From an uncultured bacterium (GTDB lineage: Bacteria; Krumholzibacteriota; Krumholzibacteriia; LZORAL124-64-63), in assembly GCA_937910695.1 (NCBI GenBank), contig CALEMW010000069.1:17933-81932 (forward strand): a stretch of 64,000 nt of DNA. Direction: 5' to 3'. The stretch's first letter is position 1. Every line of letters starts with the position of its first letter. Under the pieces are notes generated by a model. It was not told the DNA's origin and did not search any database. It saw only the letters and a program-made list of their open reading frames with translations. The position numbers were made by a program, and so were the translations under genes. Shown piece after piece: positions 1-9,083 of the stretch.

Positions 1-520
1 CGATGTCGAAGTAGTTGTAGAGCATGCGTCCGCCGCTGAGCCGTTCGAAGATGTTGAGGATCTCCTCGCGCTCGCGGAAGCAGTACAGCAGCGGCGTCCA
101 GGCGCCCATGTCCAGCCCGAAGGTGCCGATGGCGATCAGATGGCTGGCGATGCGCTGCAGTTCGGCGCAGATCACGCGGATGTACTGGGCCCGCTCGGGG
201 ACCTCGACCTCGAGCATGTTCTCCACGGCCACGGCGTAGCCGAAGTTCATGTTCATGGGCGCGAGGTAGTCGAAGCGGTCGGTGTAGACCATCCACTGCC
301 GCCAGTCGCAGCCTTCGGCGATCTTCTCGGCGCAGCGGTGCAGGTAGCCCAGGTACGGCGTCACGCTCTGGACGATTTCGCCGTCGGTCTTCACGAGCAG
401 CCGCAGCACGCCGTGGGTGGCGGGGTGCTGGGGACCCATGTTGATTTCGAGAAGCTCCGACTGCTGGACGCGGGGCTTGTCCTGGTGCTCCCAGCCGTGG
501 GTGACGGTCGTGTCGCTCAT
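1..520 (-). CDS. nuoD: NADH-quinone oxidoreductase subunit D (49 kDa subunit), N-terminal ~173 codons; the gene continues past the window start.
   Basis: The reverse-complement translation from 520 reads MSDTTVTHGWEHQDKPRVQQSELLEINMGPQHPATHGVLRL...YCFREREEILNIFERLSGGRMLYNYFDI, a typical NuoD N-terminus. Its ATG at 518-520 overlaps the nuoC stop (ATGA). It is not in the ORF track because it runs off the window edge. Confidence 0.85.
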   Translation of the reverse strand, partial: MSDTTVTHGWEHQDKPRVQQSELLEINMGPQHPATHGVLRLLVKTDGEIVQSVTPYLGYLHRCAEKIAEGCDWRQWMVYTDRFDYLAPMNMNFGYAVAVENMLEVEVPERAQYIRVICAELQRIASHLIAIGTFGLDMGAWTPLLYCFREREEILNIFERLSGGRMLYNYFDI

Positions 521-1152
521 CAGCCCTGCCCCCCTTCGGGTTTCGTGGGCAGCACCACGTCGGCCTCGTTGAACGGATTCGCCGCGTAGGACCGGCCCTC
601 GAGGGGCACGCCCTGCCACTGTGCGGGCATCTGGTAGTCCTTGCGCAGCGGGTGTCCCTCCCAGCCGTCTTCCAGCAGGATGCGGCGCAGGTCGGGATGG
701 CCGGTGAACGTGATGCCCACCAGATCGTAGGCCTCGCGCTCGTGCCAGGCGGCCGTGGGCCACAGGTGCGACACGGTCGGCACCTCGGCGGCATCGCGGG
801 GCACGCGCACGAACAGGCTGTACTTGTGGCCGTGGCGATGGGAGTAGCAGGCGTAGAAGACGCCGAGATCGCCGTCACCCACGCGGTCGCTGAGTTCGGG
901 CTTGCCCTCTTCGGTGTAGCCCAGAATGGCGACGCTCTTGCCCTTGCCCTCGGCGTCGTGGCCGTCCCAGTCGACGCCCGACAGGCACATCAGCTGCTCG
1001 AAGTGCAGTTCGGGCTCGTCGCGCAGCAGGGTCGCCGCCTCGGCGATCTTCGCGGCCGCGATGACGGTGCCCTTCTCGTAGCTGTCCACGTATTCGAGTG
1101 CCGCTTCGCCGAGCTTCGCGCAGAGCAGGTCGTGGATGGCGTTGGGTTCCAT
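520..1152 (-). CDS. nuoC: NADH-quinone oxidoreductase subunit C (30 kDa subunit).
   Basis: The internal Met MEPNAIHDLLCAKLGEAALEYVDSYEKG... of track ORF 520..1416 matches the NuoC family. The upstream 88 codons are an R/G-rich extension overlapping nuoB. The gene sits in nuoA-B-C-D order. Confidence 0.85.
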   Translation of the reverse strand: MEPNAIHDLLCAKLGEAALEYVDSYEKGTVIAAAKIAEAATLLRDEPELHFEQLMCLSGVDWDGHDAEGKGKSVAILGYTEEGKPELSDRVGDGDLGVFYACYSHRHGHKYSLFVRVPRDAAEVPTVSHLWPTAAWHEREAYDLVGITFTGHPDLRRILLEDGWEGHPLRKDYQMPAQWQGVPLEGRSYAANPFNEADVVLPTKPEGGQG

Positions 1153-1154
1153 GG

Positions 1155-1793
1155 CTACCTCCCCTTTTCCGGCTTCACATAGGGGATCTTGCTGGCGTAG
1201 TCCTGCACCCATTTGGGCTGCACGAACTTGCCTTTGCGGCCGCGGATCTTGTCCTGCAGGCGCATCAGACCGTCCAGCAGCACCTCGGGGCGCGGCGGGC
1301 AGCCGGGAATGTACACATCGACGGGTACGATGAAGTCGACGCCCTTGACCACGTGGTAACCGTACTTGAAGTAGGGGCCGCCGCCGATGGCGCACGAGCC
1401 CATGGCCACGACCCACTTGGGCTCGGGCATCTGGTCGTAGATGCGCTTCAGACGCGAGGCCATCTTGGCGGTGACGGTGCCCGAGACGATCATCAGGTCC
1501 GCCTGGCGCGGCGTGGCGCGGAAGGCGCCGGCGCCGAAGCGGTCGATGTCGTAGCGGGTGGCCGAGGCGGCCATCATCTCGATGGCGCAGCAGGCGAGGC
1601 CGAAGGTCACCGGCCAGACCGAAGACAGGCGGGCCCAGTTGAACAGCTCATCCACGGTCGTCAGGATGAAGTTCTTGCTATCCGTCTCGCACAGCTTGTC
1701 CAGATCCTCCTCGACCTTGAAGTCGAGCATCTGTTCGCGCTGAGGGTCGTACCCTTCGGGCGGGGTCGTCGACTCTACGTAGTCCTTCTTCAT
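1155..1793 (-). CDS. nuoB: NADH-quinone oxidoreductase subunit B (20 kDa, Fe-S N2 subunit).
   Basis: [18 protein letters not shown]...[11 protein letters not shown]...[10 protein letters not shown]...IPGCPPRPE carries the conserved NuoB cysteine motifs. It is the C-terminal 212 aa of track ORF 1155..2471. The start at 1793 overlaps the nuoA stop by ATGA. Confidence 0.9.
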   Translation of the reverse strand: MKKDYVESTTPPEGYDPQREQMLDFKVEEDLDKLCETDSKNFILTTVDELFNWARLSSVWPVTFGLACCAIEMMAASATRYDIDRFGAGAFRATPRQADLMIVSGTVTAKMASRLKRIYDQMPEPKWVVAMGSCAIGGGPYFKYGYHVVKGVDFIVPVDVYIPGCPPRPEVLLDGLMRLQDKIRGRKGKFVQPKWVQDYASKIPYVKPEKGR

Positions 1794-2239
1794 TCCCCGC
1801 TCACCTCCGTTCCGTCGCGACGGACCAGGCCCTTGACCCAGTCCAGGTCGCCCTTGGCCCACACGTAAGCCAGGCCCAGCACCAGGATGGAGATGAAGAT
1901 CATCATCTCTACGAACACCAGGCTGCCGGCCACCGGGAAGAGGTCCCGGAACACCACGGCCCACGGGTAGAGGAAGATGACTTCCACGTCGAAGACGATG
2001 AAGAACAGGGCGATCAGGTAGAAGCGGATGTTGAAGCGGACCCAGGAAGACCCCACGGGCAGCTCGCCGCATTCGTAGGCCACGCCCTTCTCTCCGCCCG
2101 GCTTGCTCGGCCGCACGAGTTTGGCGACTCCCAGGGCCAGATTGCCGAAGAAGATGCCGAACAGCAGGAAGAGGAGGACCGTGACGTAGTTGGCGTGCAA
2201 CCCGGTGGTCACCGCCGCGAGGGTCGGCAGATGTGCCAT
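1790..2239 (-). CDS. nuoA: NADH-quinone oxidoreductase subunit A.
   Basis: It is a 149-aa polytopic membrane protein with the NuoA-like central motif ([40 protein letters not shown]). It is the first gene of the nuo operon. Confidence 0.85.
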   Translation of the reverse strand: MAHLPTLAAVTTGLHANYVTVLLFLLFGIFFGNLALGVAKLVRPSKPGGEKGVAYECGELPVGSSWVRFNIRFYLIALFFIVFDVEVIFLYPWAVVFRDLFPVAGSLVFVEMMIFISILVLGLAYVWAKGDLDWVKGLVRRDGTEVSGE

Positions 2240-2559
2240 GAAGAAACCAGCCTGCGTTCAGGGTTCGCCGGGGGTCGAGCCGCGGCGCGAAAAAGAGGGC
2301 GTAATTGCCCCGAATTCCGCCGATCCGTGAACGCGACAAATAAGAGGTGCTGGCCTTGGGAGTGTCAAGAATTAGTGACCCGTCGTCATCACCGATAACC
2401 GAGTTCGTTTTCAGGACACTCGAGATCCGACGTCGACTCGAGTCCACATGGTGCCGATGGACGGCGTTCACCCTTGCCTCGCCTCACGTTTTGCAACAAG
2501 GTGTCGGTCGGTCCGTACCGTCCGGCTGCGCCGCCAACCGACTCTTCACAGGAGCGACG

Positions 2560-4536
2560 ATGCGCCTCGTTTTGATGATCGCGACTCTGTTCACCCTTCC
2601 CGCGGCGCTCCTGGCCGCACCCTCCGCTCCCCCCGACACCGTCCTGGTTGCCGACCTCATCGTCCTCGGCGACGCCGTCGGTGGAGCCGACCCAGCCGAC
2701 GTGACCCTCTCGGCCGACGCTCTGACCGCCGTCGCGCCCTGGAACGCCGGCGACCTCGAAGCTCTGCTCCCCGCCACGACCATCAACGTGAATTCCCGGG
2801 GAGAGTCGCTCTTGATGGTGCGCGGCGCCCCCGAACGCCATGTCACCGTATCGCTCGACGGCATTCCATTGACCGTGCCGTGGGACGAAAGAGCAGACCT
2901 GTCCCTGGTGCCCCTCGACGGTGTGACGTCTCTCCAGGCGGTGCGAGGCGCCTCGAGCCTGCTTCACGGCCCCAACGGCGTGGCCGGATCACTCGATCTG
3001 CGGACAAGTGGATCAGCACCCCGCGCCGCCGTGTCGTTCCTGAGCGCCGATGGTGGGGATTTCGCCGCCCGGGCCACACTCCGCTCCCACCGCGGGGACT
3101 GGCAGTGGCTCGCCGCGACTTCGTTCCGCAAAAGGGACGCCCTCATCCTTCCCGACGAAATCGACGCCCCCTTCCATCAAAGCGATCCCGACAAGCGCAC
3201 CAACACCGATCTACGCCAGGTTTCAGCCCTGTTGCGCGGTGTCCACGAACTCGATCACGGCGGACGACTGTCCGTACTCTTGCTGGCCTCTGATGCCGAA
3301 CGCGGCATTGCTCCGGAAACACACTTCGGCGACGGCGCCAGGCTCTGGCGTCTGCCACTGGTGCGCCGGGGACTGGCCGGCGTGCGTTACGAAAGCCCGG
3401 TCGGCCCCGACTGGAGTCTGGACGCGGCGGCCGCCCTCGACATGTTCGCCCAGGATATTCGACCCTATACGACCGATGCCTACGACGACCCCGAACTCGT
3501 CGCCGACGATGAGCTGGAACAAGGACGCGACCTCACCGGCCATCTGCGGCTCGGCATGCGCCGGAATCTTGCGGGATTGTCACACTTGAACCTGCTGATC
3601 CAGGGCCGCACCAGCCGTCATCGTGAACGTCTGATCGTGGACGGACCGTCCACGCACTACTCCCAACTGCTGACCTCGAGCGTCGCCGAGCTGAATATCA
3701 TACCTGACGCTCCTTGGACCCTGCGACTCGGCGTCGGCATCGATGCTGCAGCCACACCCTCGTCAGGACACAATCCGCGCCATGACGCCATGACCTCACC
3801 TTCTCTGCTCACCCGCTTCACCCACGATGTCGGGAGCGCGGCCCAAATTCATATCGCAGCATCTCGCCGCAGTCGTTTTCCCGCCCTGCGCGAACTCTAT
3901 TCGGGCGCCCTGGGGCGCTTCGTCCCCAACCCCGAACTCGACCCCGAGCACCAAACGCTGCTGGAGGCCGGCTTTGCCTCTCGCGGAATGGGCTGGGAAG
4001 CCAGCCTCACGACTTTCGCAGCCAGACTCGACGACGGCATCGAAAAATCGTCTCTCGAGAGCGGCCAGTTCATGCGCGTGAACCGTTGGCGGATCCACAC
4101 CCGCGGCATCGAACTCGTGGTTTCGCGACGGCTCACCAACAGCCTCACCATCGGCGTGCACCACTCCCTGCTGCACGCCCGAGTGGACGACGGCGCCGAC
4201 ACATCCCAGCGCCCAGCCGAAGACCGTCCCTCGTACCAGGGATCGATGCTCGCCGAATGGCGAACACCTGCCGGTTGGCACTTGAGTTTGGTGGGCAGTT
4301 GGCTCGGTCGTCGCACCAGCGCCGATGTTACCGACACCGTCGATGGCATGATGGACCTGGATTCAGAAGCATGGTGGGATGCCTGGCTGGGCAAGAGCTT
4401 CAAGCGAGGCGTGGGGGGTGAACTGGAGGTAAGGATCGGAGTCCGGAATATCGGAGATGCCGTGATCTGGGAACAGGCGGGCCTACCGGGAGCAGGGCGC
4501 ACGATCACCGGCAACATTCAGCTGTCGTTGTTCTAG
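2560..4536 (+). CDS. TonB-dependent outer-membrane receptor.
   Basis: The signal peptide MRLVLMIATLFTLPAALLA follows a GGAG RBS at 2551. A plug-domain region is present (LMVRGAPERHVTVSLDGIPLT...LQAVRGASSLLHGPNGVAGSLDLRT). The ~650-aa barrel ends in a C-terminal Phe (...IQLSLF). The first 71 track codons are an upstream extension. Confidence 0.8.
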   Translation: MRLVLMIATLFTLPAALLAAPSAPPDTVLVADLIVLGDAVGGADPADVTLSADALTAVAPWNAGDLEALLPATTINVNSRGESLLMVRGAPERHVTVSLDGIPLTVPWDERADLSLVPLDGVTSLQAVRGASSLLHGPNGVAGSLDLRTSGSAPRAAVSFLSADGGDFAARATLRSHRGDWQWLAATSFRKRDALILPDEIDAPFHQSDPDKRTNTDLRQVSALLRGVHELDHGGRLSVLLLASDAERGIAPETHFGDGARLWRLPLVRRGLAGVRYESPVGPDWSLDAAAALDMFAQDIRPYTTDAYDDPELVADDELEQGRDLTGHLRLGMRRNLAGLSHLNLLIQGRTSRHRERLIVDGPSTHYSQLLTSSVAELNIIPDAPWTLRLGVGIDAAATPSSGHNPRHDAMTSPSLLTRFTHDVGSAAQIHIAASRRSRFPALRELYSGALGRFVPNPELDPEHQTLLEAGFASRGMGWEASLTTFAARLDDGIEKSSLESGQFMRVNRWRIHTRGIELVVSRRLTNSLTIGVHHSLLHARVDDGADTSQRPAEDRPSYQGSMLAEWRTPAGWHLSLVGSWLGRRTSADVTDTVDGMMDLDSEAWWDAWLGKSFKRGVGGELEVRIGVRNIGDAVIWEQAGLPGAGRTITGNIQLSLF

Positions 4537-4590
4537 TCGTTGAGGAGCCCCTGGCCTATTGATCCGGTATGCCGAATGACCACCCCGAAG

Positions 4591-6894
4591 CTACATCTTT
4601 TCCACAACCGTCAACATACTCACAGCCTTTTTGAGATCCCCCAGCTTGTACGGTTTCTTGATGTAGCTGGTGCGCCGGTATGTGATCAGTAGATCGGACA
4701 CATCCTGCTCCTCGTACCCGCTGGTGAGCAATACCGGCATATCGGGATCGATGTTCTTGATGGCGAGGCAGGCTTCACGCCCATCCATTTCGGGCATAGT
4801 GAGATCCATCAGGACGAGGTCGATGTTCTCGCGTCCCTCGCGGAATATTTCGACGCCCTCGCGGCCGTTCTCCGCCATCGTCACACGACAACCCAACCAG
4901 CGGAACATGCTCTCGACGATCTTCCGCACCTCCTGCTCATCGTCGACGACCAGAACGTGCAGGGAACCTACGGTAAGATTGGTTTCATCGCCTGTCGAAG
5001 ATCTCGAATCGACAGCACCCTCGATGTCGATCGGCAGCATGATGCGCATCAGAGTGCCTTGGCCTTCGGTCGATTCCACTTCGATTTCGCCGTTGTGGCT
5101 CCGCACGATTCCTACCAGCGACGCCAAACCGAGTCCCCTTCCGGTGAACTTGGTCGTGAAGAACGGATCGAAGATCTGTTTCTTGACCTCTGCGTTCATG
5201 CCGCACCCGTCATCGCGGACTTCGAGGCAGGCACAGCAGACGGTCATATCTTCCAAGGACGACTCCACCATGTACGTCCGCAATTCGATCACTCCGCTGC
5301 CGTCCTCCAGGGAGTCGGCTGCATTGGTGATCAGATTCATGACCACCTGTCCGACCTGGGAGATATCGACCCTCACGGGCAGCGGTTCCGTTGACAATTC
5401 GAGCCGGAATTCGGCCTTCTTCGGCATGGCGACACGCAGTACGCTGGCCATGTCTTCTACGATGGCGTTGAGATCGATCGACTCGATCACGTAACTCCCG
5501 CGACCTGAGAACGCGAGCATCTGCTGACAGAGTTCCACGGCCTTGTGCGACGCCTTTGCCGCATCTCCAAGATTCACTCGAGCCGGCGAATCGGCACTCA
5601 GGTCCATCAGCGATAGATCGATGTTACCGAGAATGGCCATCAGAAGATTATTGAAGTCGTGAGCGATGCCTCCTGCAAGCACGCCGAGGCTTTCGAGTTT
5701 CTGGGCATGACGCATCTGCTCTTCGATGTGTCGTTCCCGTTCGGCGGCGTGTCTCTGTTCGGTCACGTCTCGTCCCACGACAAGCAGGCTCGAGCGGGCG
5801 CCGTCGTCGGCGAACATCGGTACACGGATGGTGTCGAAGATCAGATCGTCGCGACCGTCACGCGAAACTTCCTCATCGCCACGACTCGACCTACCGAGAC
5901 GCCAAGCTTCTTCGTCCATCGTTACAAGCGACAACAACGCCCCCCTGATGCACCCAGGCTCGAGTGCCAGGTCGGAAGCGGATTTTCCCCGATAGTCCAC
6001 TCCCTGGAGGCCGTAGAGACTCAACATGGCGGTGTTGGTCACCAGCCAACGATCCTCGCCGTCCTTGAAACAAACAAGGTCAGGTATGGTGTCGATCAAG
6101 GACCGCAAGCGACTTTCGCTCTGCTCCAGGGCGGCGCTGGCCTCATGGATCGTCCGTGCGTTGAGTAACAATCTCCAGGTGGCGAAGCCGATTCCTACGA
6201 TACCGAAAAACCAGACTCCCGCGATGCCCATGATCACCGCCCGGCGCCTGCCGTCCTCGCTGGCCCGGAACGAAGCGAGCGCCACGCTCACACCGACACC
6301 ACCGCGGATATCGCCGATCTGATATCCCTGATGACCATGACACTTGAGACACCCCTGCTGGGTGATCATCGGACGCATGTAACGCAGTCGGCCGCCTTGG
6401 TCGTCAGCCACCACCTGCAAGGCTTCCTCGGCACCGTTCTGGAACGACAGCAGGCTGGCCCGCTCCCAGTCGTCCGGTGCATTGTTCGGGTTCAGAGGGT
6501 TCAAGCTGGTGATGTGACCCGTGACACCCTCCTCGTCGCCCTGTTCCTCCTGAAACTGGCGGATGATGTAGGCGGGATTCATCAAGGTCAGCTGGCGGCC
6601 ACCGGGTGTCACAATATCGCGGTCAGGAATATGGGACAGGTAGGGGCTCGGCGGTGTCCGATCGTCGACGGGAACATAGACCCCGCCGTGGCGTGTGGCC
6701 CATTCCCTGAAAACGCGGTCCTTGTAGTGGTGAGCTCGGGCCATCTCTGTGGCCGAACGCATCAGCAGATCTTCACCGTTGTGACGATCCCACACGCCGT
6801 AAACGATACAGATGGCCGTCCATACCACCACGAGAATGACGGCGGTGCTGCTGATCCTGTGGACGAGACTGTTTCCGGCTGTACCTCTCGACAT
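4591..6894 (-). CDS. Hybrid sensor histidine kinase/response regulator with a periplasmic DUF3365-like c-type heme (CXXCH) sensor domain.
   Basis: An N-terminal TM helix is followed by a periplasmic domain with CLKCHGHQGYQIGDIRGG (CXXCH). A second TM, a PAS region, a HisKA H-box (HAQKLESLGVLAGGIAHDFNNLL), HATPase_c and a C-terminal REC domain (VLVVDDEQEVRKI...LMDLTMPEMDG) follow. The start is chosen at Met 24 (MSRGTAGNSLVHRISSTAVILVVVW); 6963 is an alternative. Confidence 0.8.
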   Translation of the reverse strand: MSRGTAGNSLVHRISSTAVILVVVWTAICIVYGVWDRHNGEDLLMRSATEMARAHHYKDRVFREWATRHGGVYVPVDDRTPPSPYLSHIPDRDIVTPGGRQLTLMNPAYIIRQFQEEQGDEEGVTGHITSLNPLNPNNAPDDWERASLLSFQNGAEEALQVVADDQGGRLRYMRPMITQQGCLKCHGHQGYQIGDIRGGVGVSVALASFRASEDGRRRAVIMGIAGVWFFGIVGIGFATWRLLLNARTIHEASAALEQSESRLRSLIDTIPDLVCFKDGEDRWLVTNTAMLSLYGLQGVDYRGKSASDLALEPGCIRGALLSLVTMDEEAWRLGRSSRGDEEVSRDGRDDLIFDTIRVPMFADDGARSSLLVVGRDVTEQRHAAERERHIEEQMRHAQKLESLGVLAGGIAHDFNNLLMAILGNIDLSLMDLSADSPARVNLGDAAKASHKAVELCQQMLAFSGRGSYVIESIDLNAIVEDMASVLRVAMPKKAEFRLELSTEPLPVRVDISQVGQVVMNLITNAADSLEDGSGVIELRTYMVESSLEDMTVCCACLEVRDDGCGMNAEVKKQIFDPFFTTKFTGRGLGLASLVGIVRSHNGEIEVESTEGQGTLMRIMLPIDIEGAVDSRSSTGDETNLTVGSLHVLVVDDEQEVRKIVESMFRWLGCRVTMAENGREGVEIFREGRENIDLVLMDLTMPEMDGREACLAIKNIDPDMPVLLTSGYEEQDVSDLLITYRRTSYIKKPYKLGDLKKAVSMLTVVEKM

Positions 6895-7323
6895 GAGCAC
6901 GCACCCTGGTTGGGGACGGCTGGTTGGAGAATCGGTACGAGAAATCGATCCTCCGCAACTCAAGACCGGTGTTCACATGACCACGATTGAGTCTTTTCCG
7001 GAGGGAAACGACTAGACCTGACCGTATCACCAGCTCAGGAAATAGTCACCCGTCATATTGGTAGGTATTTTTCAATAAGCCTGATTCCAACCAGGTGATA
7101 GGCAGTACATAACTCCTTGTATTCCGATATTCTTCAAAGCGCAGATGAATTGATCGTAATCAGCAAATCCTACAATGTTTCATCTAGATTTTGTCGCGAC
7201 AAGAATATGCAGTATCAACGTGTTTAATCTTGGACAACGCCTAAATTCATCCTAGTTTTTCCGTAGTGCATGATAATGGTTCTCATTATTGCCTGGACTC
7301 CTTCTTCGACCGGAGGCTTTTCC

Positions 7324-8466
7324 ATGACCCGTGGACGCTTCTCCCTCACAGCCTTGTTGGTCATCGTCCTGTTCATCCTCCCCGCCGTCGCCGCCCCTCG
7401 CCCCGAACTCCCCGGCGGCATCACCGACAAGCCCTACCTGGGCCGCGGCGGCGCCGACGTGATGATCGGCGGCTATATGGACCACGAGTTCCTGTGGACC
7501 GACAGCGCCAACACCTTCGACGCCCACCGCTTCGTGCCGTTCATCACCGCCCGCGTATCCGACCGCGTCACCGTGTCGACGGAGATCGAGTTCGAACACG
7601 GCGGCAACTTGGGTGGCGACGGCGAAGTGAAGCTCGAATACGCGGTCATGGACTTCAGCCTGAACGAGAAGGTGAGCTTCCGCGGTGGTGTGATCCTCTC
7701 GCCCTTGGGAGCCTTCAATCTGCGCCACGACTCCCCGCTCAACGACCTCACGGCACGGCCGACGGTCGACCGCCAACTCATTCCCTCGACCTTGAGCGAG
7801 TCGGGCATGGGCTTCTTCGGATCGTTGTACCCAAGCGACGAGAGCGCCCTGAGCTATGAAGTCTACCTGGTCAACGGATTCAACGAAGACGTGCTCTCAG
7901 GTGAGGCCGGCGCGAAGAAGCTGCGAATCCGCAGCGGCCGGGGCAGCCAGAAAATGGACAACAATGAGAACAAAGCCATCACGGGCCGCCTCGGTTTCAG
8001 CCCCCGCCTGGGTCTCGACCTCGGTCTTTCGACCCATACCGGCAAGTACGACGACGACGGCGAGAAGACCCTGACGATCACAGCTCTTGACGGCGCCGCC
8101 TCGTTCGGCGCCTTGGAGTTGACCGGCGAATTCGCCGTCGCATCGGCAGACGTCGACCAAAACGCTGAGCCCGGACTCGCGGAAGCCCAGCGTGGTGCCT
8201 ACGTCCAGACATCTTGGCACATTATGCACGATCGCCTGCTCGACGGATCGGTCGTGACCCTGACCGCCCGCGGCGACGTGATGGACTTCGACTCCGACAT
8301 CGACGGCGACAAGGAAGAGGGCCTGACCCTCGGTGTGAACCTGCGCCCCACCGAAGAAACCGTCTTCAAGCTCGACTGGAACCGCAGCTGGACGACGGCC
8401 CGCAACAGCACCGAACAAGGTGACGGCGAGGACCGGATCTCTTTCTCGTTCGCCACCTACTTCTAG
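7324..8466 (+). CDS. Outer-membrane beta-barrel protein (putative porin).
   Basis: A GGAGG RBS lies at 7312. The signal peptide is MTRGRFSLTALLVIVLFILPAVAA. The alternating amphipathic pattern and C-terminal ...FSFATYF (terminal Phe) are typical of OM barrels. No specific family was recognised. Confidence 0.55.
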   Translation: MTRGRFSLTALLVIVLFILPAVAAPRPELPGGITDKPYLGRGGADVMIGGYMDHEFLWTDSANTFDAHRFVPFITARVSDRVTVSTEIEFEHGGNLGGDGEVKLEYAVMDFSLNEKVSFRGGVILSPLGAFNLRHDSPLNDLTARPTVDRQLIPSTLSESGMGFFGSLYPSDESALSYEVYLVNGFNEDVLSGEAGAKKLRIRSGRGSQKMDNNENKAITGRLGFSPRLGLDLGLSTHTGKYDDDGEKTLTITALDGAASFGALELTGEFAVASADVDQNAEPGLAEAQRGAYVQTSWHIMHDRLLDGSVVTLTARGDVMDFDSDIDGDKEEGLTLGVNLRPTEETVFKLDWNRSWTTARNSTEQGDGEDRISFSFATYF

Positions 8467-8475
8467 GAGCCGCCG

Positions 8476-9045
8476 GTGTTCGTTCGAAACGCTTTGTTAT
8501 GGTTCGTCCTGCTCGGCGTCGGTTCAGCCGACGCCGGGGAGCGCACGTGGTACCGACCCACAGTCTTCCAGTCCTTCGACGCCGCGGTATCCGAAGTGTT
8601 CGCCGGTGCCGACTCGGTCTGGAGCGAGACCTGGACGCCCACGACCGAGGAACGAACCGCCCTCGACGAGCGCCTGGGCGAACACGTTTCAGAATCCTCG
8701 TTCACTTTCCACCGCGGCCGTCTCGGCTCTCACGACATGGGCTGGGCCCTGGTGCTCGACGAGATCGGTCTGCACGAACCCATCACCCATCTCGTGAAGA
8801 TCGACGACGACGGCACGATCGCAGACGTTCGGATCCTTGTGTTCCGTGAAACCCGCGGCGACGCGATCAAACGACCGCGCTTCCTCCAACAGTTCCGGGG
8901 CAAGACCGGACGGGATCGTTTGACGGTGGGGAGGGACATCGACGCCGTAACCGGGGCTACGTATTCCTCAAAGGCGATCACGCGCGGCGTGCGCAAGGCG
9001 TTGGCTCTTGTGGCTGCGAGATACGAAAATCGCCGGGACCGATGA
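8476..9045 (+). CDS. Secreted FMN-binding domain protein (NqrC/RnfG/PplA-like FMN_bind).
   Basis: It has a GTG start 6 nt after AGGAG. The signal peptide is MFVRNALLWFVLLGVGSA. The flavinylation motif DAVTGATYSSKAITRGV (T-G-A-T-x-S-S) is present. It lies directly downstream of the OM barrel gene. Confidence 0.7.
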   Translation: MFVRNALLWFVLLGVGSADAGERTWYRPTVFQSFDAAVSEVFAGADSVWSETWTPTTEERTALDERLGEHVSESSFTFHRGRLGSHDMGWALVLDEIGLHEPITHLVKIDDDGTIADVRILVFRETRGDAIKRPRFLQQFRGKTGRDRLTVGRDIDAVTGATYSSKAITRGVRKALALVAARYENRRDR

Positions 9046-9065
9046 TAGATACATCGGTCCCGGCG
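9031..9065. terminator. Bidirectional hairpin between convergent genes.
   Basis: The sequence cgccgggaccgatg-atagata-catcggtcccggcg gives a 14-bp perfect stem with a 7-nt loop. It overlaps the stop of the FMN-binding gene. On the minus strand it is followed by ATTTTCGTAT after the gingipain-like gene. Confidence 0.5.
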
Positions 9066-9083
9066 TAGGCTGGAAATCCTCTC

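Noticed and set aside
140-2471. Track ORFs 140..589, 652..1182, 1098..1868 and the 5' extensions of 520..1416 and 1155..2471.
   Set aside because: They overlap the nuoD-C-B-A genes in other frames or strands. The real NuoC and NuoB start at internal Met codons with ATGA coupling, and the extensions are Arg/Gly-rich with no homology.
2240-2559. Possible cobalamin or TPP riboswitch upstream of the TonB-dependent receptor.
   Set aside because: I could not find the B12-box (AGYCMGgAgaCCkGCc in the proper 3' position), the GGGAA/GGTG core elements or the TPP CUGAGA motif. Only a palindromic operator-like site was seen.
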